Of a DNA stretch of 64,000 bases, positions 51,714 to 62,352 are shown in pieces. The notes under the pieces were generated by a model, which had not been told where the DNA came from, did no database searches, and saw nothing but the letters and a program-made list of their open reading frames with translations. A program made the position numbers and the translations under genes. Source of the stretch: Thioalkalivibrio sp. (GTDB lineage Bacteria; Pseudomonadota; Gammaproteobacteria; Ectothiorhodospirales; Ectothiorhodospiraceae); assembly GCF_041685615.1 (NCBI RefSeq), contig NZ_JAWLFK010000001.1:17766-81765 (forward strand), in the 5' to 3' direction. Positions within the stretch are counted from its first letter, which is position 1. The number at the start of each line of letters is the position of its first letter.

Positions 51714-51793
51714 TCACGACGAAGCACACGAAGCCACGAAGGAATCCGCCATTGATCCGGCCCTTCTTCGTGGCTTCGTGTGCTTCGAGGTGA
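51714..51793. repeat. Periodic palindromic element between convergent psd and DUF3581
   Basis: Perfect 22-bp IR cgaagcacacgaagccacgaag (51720-51741) / cttcgtggcttcgtgtgcttcg (51766-51787), 24-bp spacer. Confidence 0.88.
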
Positions 51794-51803
51794 TTCCGGA
51801 CGC

Positions 51804-52559
51804 TCACGCGTGGGCACGGGTCCCGGCGGGCTGGTTGTAGTAAGCGGCCTTCCAGCTTTCGTAGTCGGCGACCAGCTGTTCGACGTCGGCGGCATCGAAC
51901 GGGCGCAGGCCGCTCAGGACCAGGTGCTTGCTGCCGTCGGCGACCACGGAATGGTCGATCACCAGTTCGTAGTCCAGGCGGATCTCGCCACGCTTGCCGC
52001 TGACCGTCATCACCGCATCCTTCAGGCGCGGCTCCGGCACCCCGGCGCTGGCCGCCAGCGGCTCGGGCAGGCGAAAGCCCATGCGCTCGTACATCACCAG
52101 CGGGCGCTTCGGGTTCACCATCACGCCGTGTTCCTCCATCAGCGGCACCAGCACGTGCGGAAAGTTCTGACCGGAAAAGCCGACATAGCTGCGGATCAGC
52201 GACTCGATCGCATTCGGCTCGTCGATCACGGGACCGGAGCGTTCCACCTCGATCACGCTCTTGCCGCCTTCGTCGGTGATGGCGAAGGCCTCACCCGGGT
52301 TGTCCGGGAACACCAGCGGCACGTTGCCGCCCACCATGCCGGTAAAGCGGAAGAGCATGTTGGCGCTGGCTCCGTAGGTATCCAGCACGAGGGCGAACAG
52401 GAGATCGCCCGGGACGCAGAAACGCCGGTTGTCGGCGTCGTGGATGGGATTGAAATCGCCGGCGAGCGTCTTGGCAAAGTCGCTCCCCTGCTCCGGGGTC
52501 ACGACCAGCTGACCGTCGCGAAGGCGGTAGAAGTCCTCAAGGAAGCTTTTGTCGGTCAC
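51804..52559 (-). CDS. DUF3581-like protein, probable hot-dog fold
   Basis: GTG start; FAKTLAGDFNPIHDADNRRFCVPGDLLF and NPKRPLVMYE motifs. Confidence 0.8.
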   Translation of the reverse strand: MTDKSFLEDFYRLRDGQLVVTPEQGSDFAKTLAGDFNPIHDADNRRFCVPGDLLFALVLDTYGASANMLFRFTGMVGGNVPLVFPDNPGEAFAITDEGGKSVIEVERSGPVIDEPNAIESLIRSYVGFSGQNFPHVLVPLMEEHGVMVNPKRPLVMYERMGFRLPEPLAASAGVPEPRLKDAVMTVSGKRGEIRLDYELVIDHSVVADGSKHLVLSGLRPFDAADVEQLVADYESWKAAYYNQPAGTRAHA

Positions 52560-52602
52560 GCGGTTTCCCCGAAATCGTCTTGCTGCATGGTTTTTCGCAC
52601 CA

Positions 52603-54489
52603 CTATAGCCCGAAATGTCCCTCGATGGCCTTGATAAAGGCATCGCCGTAGCGTTCCAGCTTGTGCTGCCCCACCCCGGAGATCCCGGCCATCTCGTCGC
52701 GGGTGCGCGGGGCCGCGGCCACCATCTCCAGCAACGTGGCATCACTGAAGATCACGTAGGGCGGCACCCCCTGGTCGCGCGCGAGGTCCGTGCGCAGCCC
52801 GCGCAGGGCCTCCCACAGAGCGCGATCCTCGCTGTCCATTGCCGCGACGCTGCGGGCGGTGTCGCGGCGGGCCGGACGGGCCGCGCGCGCCTCACGTCCC
52901 GGGCGGGCCACCTCCTCGCGCAGGTGGATCGTCTCCTCGCCCCGCAGCACCGGGCGACAGTCCGGGTCCAGGCGGAGTCCGCCGTAGCCCTCGTCATCCA
53001 GGCGCAGCAGCCCGCGTGCGAGCAACTGCCGGACCACGCCGCGCCACTGCGCCTTGTCCAGCTCCTTGCCGATACCGAAGGTGCTCAGGCGATCGTGGCC
53101 CAGGCGGGTCAGGCGCTCGCTCGCCGAGCCGCGCAGCACGTCGATCACATGCCCGGCCCCGAAGCGCTCGCCAGTTCGATAGACGCACGACAGCAGCTTC
53201 TGCACCGGCACGCTGGCGTCCCAGGTCGCCGGTGGTTCCATGCAGTTGTCGCAGGTCCCGCAGGGCCGAGGCATGCGCTCGTCGAAGTAGGCGAGAAGCG
53301 CCTGGCGCCGGCAGCTGGTGATCTCGCAGAACCCGAGCATCGCCTCCAGCTTCTGCTGCTCGACCCGCTGGCGCTCGGCCCCGGCCTGCGAGCCCTCCAG
53401 CATCTGGCGCAGGGTCACGACATCCTGTAGCCCGTAGACCATCCAGGCATTCGCCGGCAGACCGTCGCGGCCGGCGCGGCCGGTCTCCTGGTAGTACCCC
53501 TCCAGACTCTTGGGCAGGTTCAGGTGGGCGACAAAGCGCACGTTCGGCTTGTCGATGCCCATTCCGAAGGCGATGGTGGCGACCATCACCACCCCCTCCT
53601 CGCGCAGAAAGCGAGTCTGATTCGCCGCGCGCGTGGCGGCCGGCAGTCCAGCGTGATAGGGGAGCGCGGGAACGCCCTGTTCCGCCAGCCACTCGGCCAC
53701 CGCCTCGACCTTCTTGCGCGACAGGCAGTAGACAATCCCCGCCTCGCCGGCGTGTTCCTCGCGGATAAAGCGCAGCAGTCGATCGCGCGCGGAACCACCC
53801 CGGCCACCGTCCGCCTGGGCGATGCGGTAGCGGATGTTGGGCCGGTCGAAGGAACTGACGAAGGCGCGCGCCTCGTCGAGGCACAGTCGTTCTCGGATCT
53901 CCTGGCGGGTCGGGCCGTCGGCGGTCGCGGTCAGTGCCAGGCGCGGCACCTGCGGGAAACGCTCGGCCAGCACCGCCAGCTGGCTGTATTCCGGGCGGAA
54001 GTCATGCCCCCACTGCGAGACGCAGTGCGCCTCGTCGATCGCGAACAGGGCCAGGTCGATGCCCTCCAGGCGCTCCAGCATGCCCGGGGCGAAAAGGCGC
54101 TCCGGCGACATGTACAGCAGGTCCAGTTCACCGGCGTGCAGGGCCGCCAGAACGGAACGCGCCACGTCCGCCTTCTGGCCGGAGTCCAGGCTGGCCGCGG
54201 CCACCCCGTTTTGGCGTAGGGCGGCCACCTGATCCTGCATCAGCGCGATCAGCGGCGAAATCACGATGCCGCAGCCGGGTCGAGCAAGCGCCGGGATCTG
54301 GTAGCAAAGTGACTTGCCGCCGCCGGTGGGCATCAGCACCACCGCGTCGCCGCCCGCGGTCACATGCTCGACGATCGCCTGCTGCTGACCGCGAAATTCC
54401 GTATAGCCGAAGGTCTCGCGCAGGATCTCCAGTGGCGCCGCCGGAGCGCTTCCCTGCGCCTCTCCAACTGCAAGACCCGAGGGTTCCAA
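52603..54489 (-). CDS. recQ: DNA helicase RecQ (start codon uncertain)
   Basis: [37 protein letters not shown], Zn/RQC and HRDC domains. Confidence 0.96.
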   Translation of the reverse strand: MEPSGLAVGEAQGSAPAAPLEILRETFGYTEFRGQQQAIVEHVTAGGDAVVLMPTGGGKSLCYQIPALARPGCGIVISPLIALMQDQVAALRQNGVAAASLDSGQKADVARSVLAALHAGELDLLYMSPERLFAPGMLERLEGIDLALFAIDEAHCVSQWGHDFRPEYSQLAVLAERFPQVPRLALTATADGPTRQEIRERLCLDEARAFVSSFDRPNIRYRIAQADGGRGGSARDRLLRFIREEHAGEAGIVYCLSRKKVEAVAEWLAEQGVPALPYHAGLPAATRAANQTRFLREEGVVMVATIAFGMGIDKPNVRFVAHLNLPKSLEGYYQETGRAGRDGLPANAWMVYGLQDVVTLRQMLEGSQAGAERQRVEQQKLEAMLGFCEITSCRRQALLAYFDERMPRPCGTCDNCMEPPATWDASVPVQKLLSCVYRTGERFGAGHVIDVLRGSASERLTRLGHDRLSTFGIGKELDKAQWRGVVRQLLARGLLRLDDEGYGGLRLDPDCRPVLRGEETIHLREEVARPGREARAARPARRDTARSVAAMDSEDRALWEALRGLRTDLARDQGVPPYVIFSDATLLEMVAAAPRTRDEMAGISGVGQHKLERYGDAFIKAIEGHFGL

Positions 54490-54656
54490 GGGACGTACTC
54501 CAGACAGTAAGACAAGCGACGAACACTGCCGAATGCCAGCCATCGCTGCAAGCAACCGGCGCCACAATCGCCGCGTACACAACACCCGGGATGCATTTCC
54601 CCGTGGGTATCCATCGCGATAAGCTTCCACCCGAATCCTCTTTCCCAGGACGACCG

Positions 54657-55118
54657 ATGCCGACAACTGCCCGCCTCCTGACTGTTGCCTGCCTGGCCCT
54701 GCTCGCACTGACCGCCTGCTCCGAAACCCCGGACCCGGACACCGGGGACCCGGCCGAGCAGGAAACCAGCGGCGAGTCGAACGCGGCTTCCGGTTCCACG
54801 GCTGAGCTCGACTACAGCCTGCCGCCGGACGACTTCTCCGCCGACCCCGAGGCCGGACGTTCACTGTTCCGGTCCAACTGCATGCAGTGCCACGGGGAAG
54901 AGGCCCGCGGTACCGACCAGGGGCCGCCGCTGATCCACCGCATCTACGAGCCCTCGCACCATCCGGACATCACCTTCCATCGCGCGGCGGCTCTGGGCGT
55001 GAACCAACACCACTGGGAATTCGGCGACATGCCGCCGGTGGCGGGCATCACCGGCGAGGAGACCGCCCACATCATCGCCTGGATCCGCCAGGAACAGCGC
55101 GCCGTCGGCATCGACTGA
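54657..55118 (+). CDS. Lipoprotein monoheme cytochrome c
   Basis: Lipobox LTAC, CMQCH, and [10 protein letters not shown] with the putative axial Met. Confidence 0.9.
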   Translation: MPTTARLLTVACLALLALTACSETPDPDTGDPAEQETSGESNAASGSTAELDYSLPPDDFSADPEAGRSLFRSNCMQCHGEEARGTDQGPPLIHRIYEPSHHPDITFHRAAALGVNQHHWEFGDMPPVAGITGEETAHIIAWIRQEQRAVGID

Positions 55119-55123
55119 GCTCG

Positions 55124-56122
55124 ATGCCCTCCAGTTCCAAGGCCGCAATCCGCCAGGCCGTTCACGCGTACCTCGACGCCTGGCTGCGCAAGCGCGACCT
55201 CGCGGGCGTACTCGGATGGCACGCGCCGCATGTCAGTGGCTTCGGAACTGGAGGCGACGAATCGGCCTTCACGCCCGAGGATGTGGAGCGCGTCGTCGGC
55301 CGCGACATCGAACAGGTCCCGGACCCCTTCGACTACGAGATACACCGCGAAGACGTCCGCCTCGTCACGGACGAGGTCGCCCTGGTGATGCTGGTATTCG
55401 ACATGCTGCTTGACACCCGCGGACAACGGGTCCGACTGAACGGACTGCGGACCAGCCTCTTGCTGCACCGGACCGACGACAGCTGGCGTCTGGAACACCT
55501 GCACGGCTCCTTCCCCGCCAGCGTCCACGGTGCCGACGAGCCGTACCCGGTCAAGGAACTGGAGGAACGCGCGCATGCGCTCGAACGCCTGGTCCAGGAA
55601 CGAACACACTCCCTGGAGGCGGCCCAGAGCCGCCTGGAACGTCTCGCCACCACCGACCCGCTGACGGGTCTCCACAACCGCATGAAGGCGAGCGAGTTGC
55701 TGGCCGACGAAATCCGGCGGGCCGAGCGTCACGGGGGCCTGCTTGGCGTGATCATGATGGATCTGGACCACTTCAAGCCGATTAACGACACCCTGGGGCA
55801 CGGTCGCGGCGATACTGTGCTCACCGAGGTCGGGCGCCTGATCGCCGCGCGCATCCGCGAGACCGACCGGGCCGCCCGCTGGGGTGGCGAGGAATTCCTC
55901 ATCCTGTGCCCGCAGGGCGATGCCGCGGCCACGAGCCATCTGGCCGAGGATCTGCGCCGCGCCCTTGGGGTCACCGACTTCGACACCGGACACGCGCTGA
56001 CCGCCAGCTTCGGCGTGGCCCAACTGAAGCCGGGCGAGACAGGGGAGGCCCTGGTCGATCGCGCGGACCGGGCCCTGTACGCTGCCAAGAATGCCGGGCG
56101 CAACCAGGTACAAGCCGCGTGA
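55124..56122 (+). CDS. Diguanylate cyclase with N-terminal SnoaL/NTF2-like domain
   Basis: NTF2-like N-terminus ending WRLEHLHGSFP, a coiled coil, DLDHFKPINDTLGH, RETD I-site and GGEEF. Confidence 0.92.
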   Translation: MPSSSKAAIRQAVHAYLDAWLRKRDLAGVLGWHAPHVSGFGTGGDESAFTPEDVERVVGRDIEQVPDPFDYEIHREDVRLVTDEVALVMLVFDMLLDTRGQRVRLNGLRTSLLLHRTDDSWRLEHLHGSFPASVHGADEPYPVKELEERAHALERLVQERTHSLEAAQSRLERLATTDPLTGLHNRMKASELLADEIRRAERHGGLLGVIMMDLDHFKPINDTLGHGRGDTVLTEVGRLIAARIRETDRAARWGGEEFLILCPQGDAAATSHLAEDLRRALGVTDFDTGHALTASFGVAQLKPGETGEALVDRADRALYAAKNAGRNQVQAA

Positions 56123-56198
56123 AATCAATCCCACCCCTCGGTGACCCGTCAGTGGATCTTTGGGACGGGTCCATCGAACCGGCATAAGGGGTGTTGCC

Positions 56199-56597
56199 AT
56201 GTTGACACGGAGACTGGCCCTCGGCGCCCTTCTGGGCCTTCTGGCCCTGCCCGCCCCAGCCGACGAGGTCGATATCCTGGAGGCCCGGCTGCACGCCAGC
56301 GGCCCGAACCAGTGGCGGGTGTCCGTCACCGTGGAACACCCGGACAGCGGCTGGGACCACTATGCCGATGCCTGGCGCGTGCTTGACGCCGATGGGAACG
56401 TCCTCGGCGAGCGCATCCTGCACCACCCGCACGTAAACGAACAGCCGTTCACGCGCAGCCTGCGCCGTTTGTCCATCCCCGAGGGAACCCGTTTCGTGCA
56501 GATCGAGGCGCGTTGCTCTCAGGACGACTGGGGCCACCGGCGCCTGCAGGTCGACCTGGAACAGGACCGGGGCGAGGCCTACCGCATCCGCCGCTGA
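56199..56597 (+). CDS. Secreted His-rich hypothetical protein
   Basis: Signal peptide MLTRRLALGALL...APA; HPDSGWDHYADAW and LHHPHVNEQPFTRSL motifs. Confidence 0.82.
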   Translation: MLTRRLALGALLGLLALPAPADEVDILEARLHASGPNQWRVSVTVEHPDSGWDHYADAWRVLDADGNVLGERILHHPHVNEQPFTRSLRRLSIPEGTRFVQIEARCSQDDWGHRRLQVDLEQDRGEAYRIRR

Positions 56598-56700
56598 CCT
56601 TCCCGGACGCCGGGGAGGAGCCGCTACTGAATGCGCGCCCATGTGCGAACCGTGCCGCGCCGCTCTAAAGTAAGCCGCCTACCCAGCCCCGGATTTCCCC

Positions 56701-58527
56701 ATGCGCGGTCATTCCAGCGTGCACGATGCGCCCGACGAGGCGATCAACTGGCGCATCGTTCGCTCCCTGTTCCCCTATCTCGCGGAATTCCGCGGGCGGC
56801 TGTTCCTCGCCCTCGGCCTGATGGGCCTGGCCAAGCTGGCGACCGTGCTGGTGCCGCTAGCACTGAAGTACATCGTCGACCACTTCGAGGATTCCGGCAC
56901 CGACGCGCTGGTCACGGTCCCGGTGGCACTGGTGGTTGCCTACGGCCTGCTGCGATTTGGCGGAACCCTGTTCGGCGAGCTGCGCGATGCCGTCTTTGTA
57001 CGCGTGGCCGAGCGCGCCATGCGGCGCGCGGCGCTGCGCGTGTTCGAACACCTGCACCGGCTGGAACTGAGCTTTCATCTGGCGCGCGAGACTGGCGGCC
57101 TGGCGCGAGACATCGAGCGCGGAACGAGCGGCATCAGCTTCCTGCTGCGCTTCATGGTGTTCAACATCCTGCCGACGATCATCGAAATCGCACTGGTCGC
57201 GGTCATCCTGCTGGTCGCGGTGGGCCCCGTGTTCACCCTGACGGTCATCATCGCGGTGGCGGCCTACATCGCCTGGTCGGTGTGGATCACCGAGTGGCGC
57301 ACCCGCTTCGTGCGCGAGGCCAACCAGCGCGACAACGAGTCCAACACCCGCGCGATCGACAGCCTGCTGAACTACGAGACGGTCAAGTACTTCGGCAACG
57401 AGGGCTTCGAGGCCCGGCGCTACGACGAGGGCCTGGCCACCTGGGAACAGGCCCGAACCAAGAATGTCCTGTCGCTGGTGCTGCTGAACTCCGGACAGGC
57501 CCTGATCATCGCCGGGACGATCACCGTGATGATGCTGCTGGCCGCCAGCCGCGTGGCCTCGGGGCAGATGTCACTGGGCGACCTGGTCATGGTCAACGCC
57601 TACATGATCCAGCTGTTCATGCCGCTGAACTTCCTTGGCTTCGTCTATCGCGAGATCCGCCAGTCACTGGCGAACATCGAGCGTCTGTTCGCCCTGCTGG
57701 GAAAACCCGTGCAGGTCGAGGACCGGCCGGACGCACCGGATCTCGAGGTCACCGGCGGGCATGTGCGCTTCGAACAGGTCGCCTTCCACTACCAGCCGGA
57801 GCGCTTGATCCTCGCGGACGTATCGCTCGAAATCCCCGCCGGGCACAAGCTCGCGGTGGTTGGGCCCAGCGGCGCCGGCAAGTCCACGCTCGCGCGTTTG
57901 CTGTTCCGCTTCTTTGATGTAACCGACGGGCGCATCACCATCGACGGCCAGGACATCCGCGAGGTGACCCAGCAGAGCCTGCGCGGCGCAATCGGCGTGG
58001 TCCCCCAGGACACCGTCCTGTTCAACGCCAGCATTCGCTACAACATCGCCTACGGCGATCCCGGGGCCTCCGAGGAAGCCATCCGGCGCGCCGTCCATCT
58101 CGCGCATCTGGACGACTTCATCCAGCGCCTGCCCGATGGCCTGAACACGGTGGTCGGCGAACGCGGGCTCAAGGTCTCCGGCGGCGAGAAGCAGCGCATC
58201 GCCATCGCCCGCATGCTGCTGAAGGACCCGCCGATCCTGGTGTTCGACGAGGCCACCTCGTCACTGGACTCGGGCTCGGAGAAGGCGATCCTGCAGGCCC
58301 TGAACGAAGTCTCGGCGCGGCGCACCACGCTGGTCATCGCGCATCGGCTGTCGACCGTGAAGGATGCCGAGCAGATCGTGGTGCTGGACCAGGGCCGCGT
58401 AGTCGAACGCGGCACCCACCGCGAACTCCTCGCCCGCGACGGCGCCTACGCCCGTCTGTGGCAGCACCAACAGGAACACGAACCCACCACCGCCGACCCG
58501 GACCCAACGCCGGGGCCCAAGTGTTGA
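56701..58527 (+). CDS. ABCB-type fused permease/ATPase (Atm1/HMT1-like)
   Basis: DSLLNYETVKYF, GPSGAGKS, VSGGEKQRIAIAR and DEATSSLD motifs. Confidence 0.95.
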   Translation: MRGHSSVHDAPDEAINWRIVRSLFPYLAEFRGRLFLALGLMGLAKLATVLVPLALKYIVDHFEDSGTDALVTVPVALVVAYGLLRFGGTLFGELRDAVFVRVAERAMRRAALRVFEHLHRLELSFHLARETGGLARDIERGTSGISFLLRFMVFNILPTIIEIALVAVILLVAVGPVFTLTVIIAVAAYIAWSVWITEWRTRFVREANQRDNESNTRAIDSLLNYETVKYFGNEGFEARRYDEGLATWEQARTKNVLSLVLLNSGQALIIAGTITVMMLLAASRVASGQMSLGDLVMVNAYMIQLFMPLNFLGFVYREIRQSLANIERLFALLGKPVQVEDRPDAPDLEVTGGHVRFEQVAFHYQPERLILADVSLEIPAGHKLAVVGPSGAGKSTLARLLFRFFDVTDGRITIDGQDIREVTQQSLRGAIGVVPQDTVLFNASIRYNIAYGDPGASEEAIRRAVHLAHLDDFIQRLPDGLNTVVGERGLKVSGGEKQRIAIARMLLKDPPILVFDEATSSLDSGSEKAILQALNEVSARRTTLVIAHRLSTVKDAEQIVVLDQGRVVERGTHRELLARDGAYARLWQHQQEHEPTTADPDPTPGPKC

Positions 58528-58571
58528 TTCACTCCGAAGCGCGCACAGCAGGGCCAGGTCAACAGCAATTC

Positions 58572-58697
58572 ACAGGAAGATGGGAAGGCTGGAAGAAAAA
58601 ATAATTGGATAAAAGAGCGTGAAATCGTCCGCGATTCGCTCGAGCGCCAGCTGTTCTTCCGATCTTCCCGTCTTCCTGTCCGCTTTTGACTTTTGAC
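58572..58697. repeat. Periodic inverted-repeat element plus 7-bp tandem
   Basis: acaggaagatgggaaggctggaagaa (58572-58597) versus ttcttccgatcttcccgtcttcctgt (58654-58679), 22/26 complementary; followed by ttttgac x2. Confidence 0.8.
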
Positions 58698-58729
58698 CTG
58701 GGCCATCTGCGTGCACCGCGGGGACCCAC

Positions 58730-59146
58730 TCAGTCGGGGTCGACGCGGCCGCGCAGGGCCTTCTTGTGGCCGCGATGGGTCTTGCCTTCCAAGCGGCGCA
58801 GCTTGGAGGCCCGGGTCGGGCGGGTCGGCTTGCGCGCCTTGATCGGGCGCCCGGCCTCGCGCAAAAGCTCCGCCAGGCGCTCCAGTGCGTCCTCGCGATT
58901 GGCCTCCTGGGTACGGTACTGCTGCGCCTTGATGACGATCACGCCGTCCTTGCTGATGCGCCGGTCGCGGCGGCGCAGCAGACGCTCCTTGTAGACATCG
59001 GGCAGGCCGGACGCACGGATGTCGAAGCGCAGGTGAATGGCCGTGGCGAGCTTGTTCACGTTCTGACCACCGGCCCCCTGGGCGCGGATCGGGATCAGTT
59101 CGATCTCCTGCTCGGGCACGCTGACGCTTTTGGAGATGCGCAGCAT
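58730..59146 (-). CDS. arfB: Alternative ribosome rescue factor B
   Basis: [12 protein letters not shown] (GGQ), [10 protein letters not shown] and a basic C-terminal tail. Confidence 0.95.
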   Translation of the reverse strand: MLRISKSVSVPEQEIELIPIRAQGAGGQNVNKLATAIHLRFDIRASGLPDVYKERLLRRRDRRISKDGVIVIKAQQYRTQEANREDALERLAELLREAGRPIKARKPTRPTRASKLRRLEGKTHRGHKKALRGRVDPD

Positions 59147-59153
59147 CGCGGGG

Positions 59154-59459
59154 TCAGCGGAACTCGCCGTCGTGGATACGGCCTTCTTCGTCCAGCTCGG
59201 CAAAGAATCGGCTGTTATCGGTGCGGTATTCCTGGGTCACGACGTCGCCGGGCAGCACCAGCATCACGTCGGGATAGACGCGCTCGAATTCCGCCGGTGT
59301 CGGGCGGGTCTCGAGAAAACGCAGGAACGGGTTCATCTGCTCGACCGTGCCCGGACGCGGCTCGGGCCCGTCAACCCGGGTCTCGGTCTTGTGCGCCGAA
59401 CAGCCACCAATCCCCAGCACCAGTACCACGCCGATCACGGACGAATATCGAAACGCCAT
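59154..59459 (-). CDS. Hypothetical lipoprotein
   Basis: Hydrophobic N-terminus ending IGGC; fills the prfC-arfB gap with a 7-bp spacing to arfB. Confidence 0.75.
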   Translation of the reverse strand: MAFRYSSVIGVVLVLGIGGCSAHKTETRVDGPEPRPGTVEQMNPFLRFLETRPTPAEFERVYPDVMLVLPGDVVTQEYRTDNSRFFAELDEEGRIHDGEFR

Positions 59460-59628
59460 ACTCTCCTCCTGCACCGCACAACTGCACCGTCATCGCGAGA
59501 CGCCGCAGGCGGCGTGGCAATCACCCCAAGCTGGCATCGAGCCACGATTCGTTGGTTCCGGATGGAGGTCGCCATGTCGCTACGCGCCTCGCGATTCCGG
59601 TGCCAGGGCAAGGCTCCAGAATGACGTC

Positions 59629-61221
59629 CTACTCCGTCGGCTGGCCGTGCTCGCGGGTCGCCTCGAAGCGGATCTCGGGCCATTTCTCCTGCGCCATTTG
59701 CAGGTTGACCCGGGTCGGGGCGATATAGACCAGATCGCCGCCGTGGTCGATGGCCAGGTTCGCCGCGGCCTTTTCCTTGAACTCCTCGAGCTTCTTCGGA
59801 TCATCGCATTCGACCCAGCGCGCGGTCTGTACGTTCACGTTCTCGAACTGTGCCTCGACCTTGTATTCGGTGCGCAGCCGCTCGGCGACCACGTCGAACT
59901 GCAGGACGCCGACGGCGCCCAGAATCAGGTCATTGTTGGTCAGCGGACGGTAGAGCTGGGTCGCACCCTCCTCACACAGCTCCTGCAAGCCCTTTGCGAG
60001 CTGCTTCATCTTCAACGGGTCCTTCAGCTGCGCGCGACGGAACAACTCCGGCGCGAAGTTCGGCACGCCGGTAAAGGTCAGATCCTCGCCCTGGGTGAAG
60101 GTATCGCCGATACGGATGGTGCCGTGGTTGTGGATGCCGATGATGTCGCCGGGATAGGCGGTCTCCACGTGCTCGCGGTCGGAGGCCAGAAAGGTCAGCG
60201 CATCCGGGATCTTCACGTCGCGCCCAATACGCACGTGGCGCAGCTTCGCGCCCTTGTCGAAGGTGCCGGAGCAGATGCGCATGAACGCGATACGGTCGCG
60301 GTGGTTCGGGTCCATGTTCGCCTGGATCTTGAACACGAAACCGGTGAATTTCTCCTCGGTGGGTTCCACACGGCGCGAGTGCGTCGGGCGCGGCAACGGG
60401 CCCGGGGCATACTCGACGAAATCGTCCAGCAGCTCCTCGATCCCGAAGTTGTTGATCGCCGAACCGAAGAACACCGGGGTCTGCTCGCCGCGCAGGTAGG
60501 CGTCCGGATCGAACTCGTGCGAGGCGCCCTGCACCAGTTCCAGCTCCTCGCGCAGTTCCTGAGCCTGGTCGCCCAGCAGCTCGTCCAGGCGCGGATTCTC
60601 CAGGCCCTCGATGATCTCGCCGGTGGACTTTTTCCCGCCCTGCTCGGGATCGTAGAGGTGCACTGCGTCCCGGCGGATGTGGTAGACCCCGCGGAAGCGC
60701 TTGCCGGACCCGATCGGCCAGGTCACCGGCGCGCACTCGATCTTCAGCACCTCCTCGACCTCGTCCAGCAGCTCGATCGGGTCGCGTCCCTCGCGGTCCA
60801 TCTTGTTGACGAAGGTCATGATCGGCGTATCGCGCAGCCGGCAGACCTCCATCAGCTTGATGGTCCGTTCCTCCACGCCCTTGGCCGCGTCGATGACCAT
60901 CAAAGCGGAGTCGACCGCCGTCAGGGTACGGTAGGTGTCCTCGGAGAAGTCCGCGTGCCCCGGGGTATCGAGCAGGTTCACCATGCGCCCCTTGTAGGGG
61001 TACTGCATGACGGAGGAGGTAACCGAAATCCCGCGCGACTTCTCCATCTCCATCCAGTCGGAGGTGGCGTGGCGCGACGACTTGCGCCCCTTGACCGTAC
61101 CGGCGAGCTGGATCGCGCCGCCGTACAGCAGGAGTTTTTCGGTCATAGTGGTCTTGCCGGCGTCCGGGTGCGAAATGATCGCGAAGGTCCGGCGTCGACG
61201 GGTTTCCTCGATAAACGACAT
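59629..61221 (-). CDS. prfC: Peptide chain release factor 3
   Basis: [30 protein letters not shown] and [10 protein letters not shown] motifs. Confidence 0.98.
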   Translation of the reverse strand: MSFIEETRRRRTFAIISHPDAGKTTMTEKLLLYGGAIQLAGTVKGRKSSRHATSDWMEMEKSRGISVTSSVMQYPYKGRMVNLLDTPGHADFSEDTYRTLTAVDSALMVIDAAKGVEERTIKLMEVCRLRDTPIMTFVNKMDREGRDPIELLDEVEEVLKIECAPVTWPIGSGKRFRGVYHIRRDAVHLYDPEQGGKKSTGEIIEGLENPRLDELLGDQAQELREELELVQGASHEFDPDAYLRGEQTPVFFGSAINNFGIEELLDDFVEYAPGPLPRPTHSRRVEPTEEKFTGFVFKIQANMDPNHRDRIAFMRICSGTFDKGAKLRHVRIGRDVKIPDALTFLASDREHVETAYPGDIIGIHNHGTIRIGDTFTQGEDLTFTGVPNFAPELFRRAQLKDPLKMKQLAKGLQELCEEGATQLYRPLTNNDLILGAVGVLQFDVVAERLRTEYKVEAQFENVNVQTARWVECDDPKKLEEFKEKAAANLAIDHGGDLVYIAPTRVNLQMAQEKWPEIRFEATREHGQPTE

Positions 61222-61371
61222 GAATGCGGGCCACTTGGAACAGCCCGCAAGTTTAACGCGAAACCGGGGATTCGGTTCAGCTTGGGAAGCCCGCGCGCGG
61301 ATCCACACCCGGAGACCAAAACGGCCCCGGAAACCGGGGCCGTCGCCAGCGCAAAAACGAATGCCGTTCAA

Positions 61372-62178
61372 TTAGCGCGCGGAGGCCGCCTGGATCGCGG
61401 CGTTCTGCTCCTCGAAACGGCCCTGGGCGGTGACCAGGTCACGGTTGTTCATGCGGGCCTCGAGGCTGGCGAGACGCTCCTCGTCCTGGGCCAGGCTGTA
61501 CCAGACGTGCGCCTGGACCAGGTCGCGCTCGACCCCACGCCCGTTCTGGTGCAGGCGGCCCAGCCCGATCTGCGCATGGCGGTAGCCCTGCTCCGCCGCG
61601 GCGGTGTACCAGCGGGCGGCAGTTTCGGCGTCGCGCGTCGTGCCCTGGCCGTTCTCGTGCAGCAGCCCGACGTAATACTGCGCGGCGGGCAGGCCCTGAT
61701 CGGCCGCCTTCATGAGCCATTCGAGTCCCGCCGCCGGGTCCTGCTCGCCATTCGCCAGCTGGCTCCCCAGCCAGTACTGGGCGTCGGCATGACCCAACTC
61801 GGCGGCGCGCGTGTAGTGCTCGCGACTGCGTTCGGCGTCCGCCGGGGCGCCCTTGCCAGCAGCAAAGAGGTACCCCAGATAGTAGTGCGCTGCGGCATGG
61901 TCCGCATCGGCGGCACGCTCGAACCAGTGCACGGCCTGATCATGATCCACCTCCGTGCCGCGCCCGGAGTAGTTGGCCATGCCCACGTCGAACATCGCGT
62001 CGGTATCCCCCTTCTGTGCGTTGCTCTCGCGGATCTCGTACCAGACGCCCAGCAGTTCCTGCTTGCGCTCCTCCTCGTCATAGCCGAAGGCCTGCTGGGC
62101 CTGCACGGCGCCAGTGGAGAGCACCAGCGACAGGGCCAGGGGGAGCGAAACGAACATTGCACGCAGGGCTCGGGACAT
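61372..62178 (-). CDS. Secreted Sel1-repeat protein
   Basis: Signal peptide followed by about five Sel1 repeats (AQYWLG, AQYYVG, AQIGLG). Confidence 0.9.
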   Translation of the reverse strand: MSRALRAMFVSLPLALSLVLSTGAVQAQQAFGYDEEERKQELLGVWYEIRESNAQKGDTDAMFDVGMANYSGRGTEVDHDQAVHWFERAADADHAAAHYYLGYLFAAGKGAPADAERSREHYTRAAELGHADAQYWLGSQLANGEQDPAAGLEWLMKAADQGLPAAQYYVGLLHENGQGTTRDAETAARWYTAAAEQGYRHAQIGLGRLHQNGRGVERDLVQAHVWYSLAQDEERLASLEARMNNRDLVTAQGRFEEQNAAIQAASAR

Positions 62179-62352
62179 GGGATACCTCATTCGGTGTCGG
62201 GGCGAATATCGGTTTCGATCATAGACCGGGGGGTAGGCGACCACAACGCAAACGCCGCAGGACGAGAACCGGTACCGGCAAAACGCGGGCGAATCCCGCA
62301 AACGGGGGCTCAACCTGTGACCAGGTTCACGCCGGGTTCGGGAACCTGTCCT

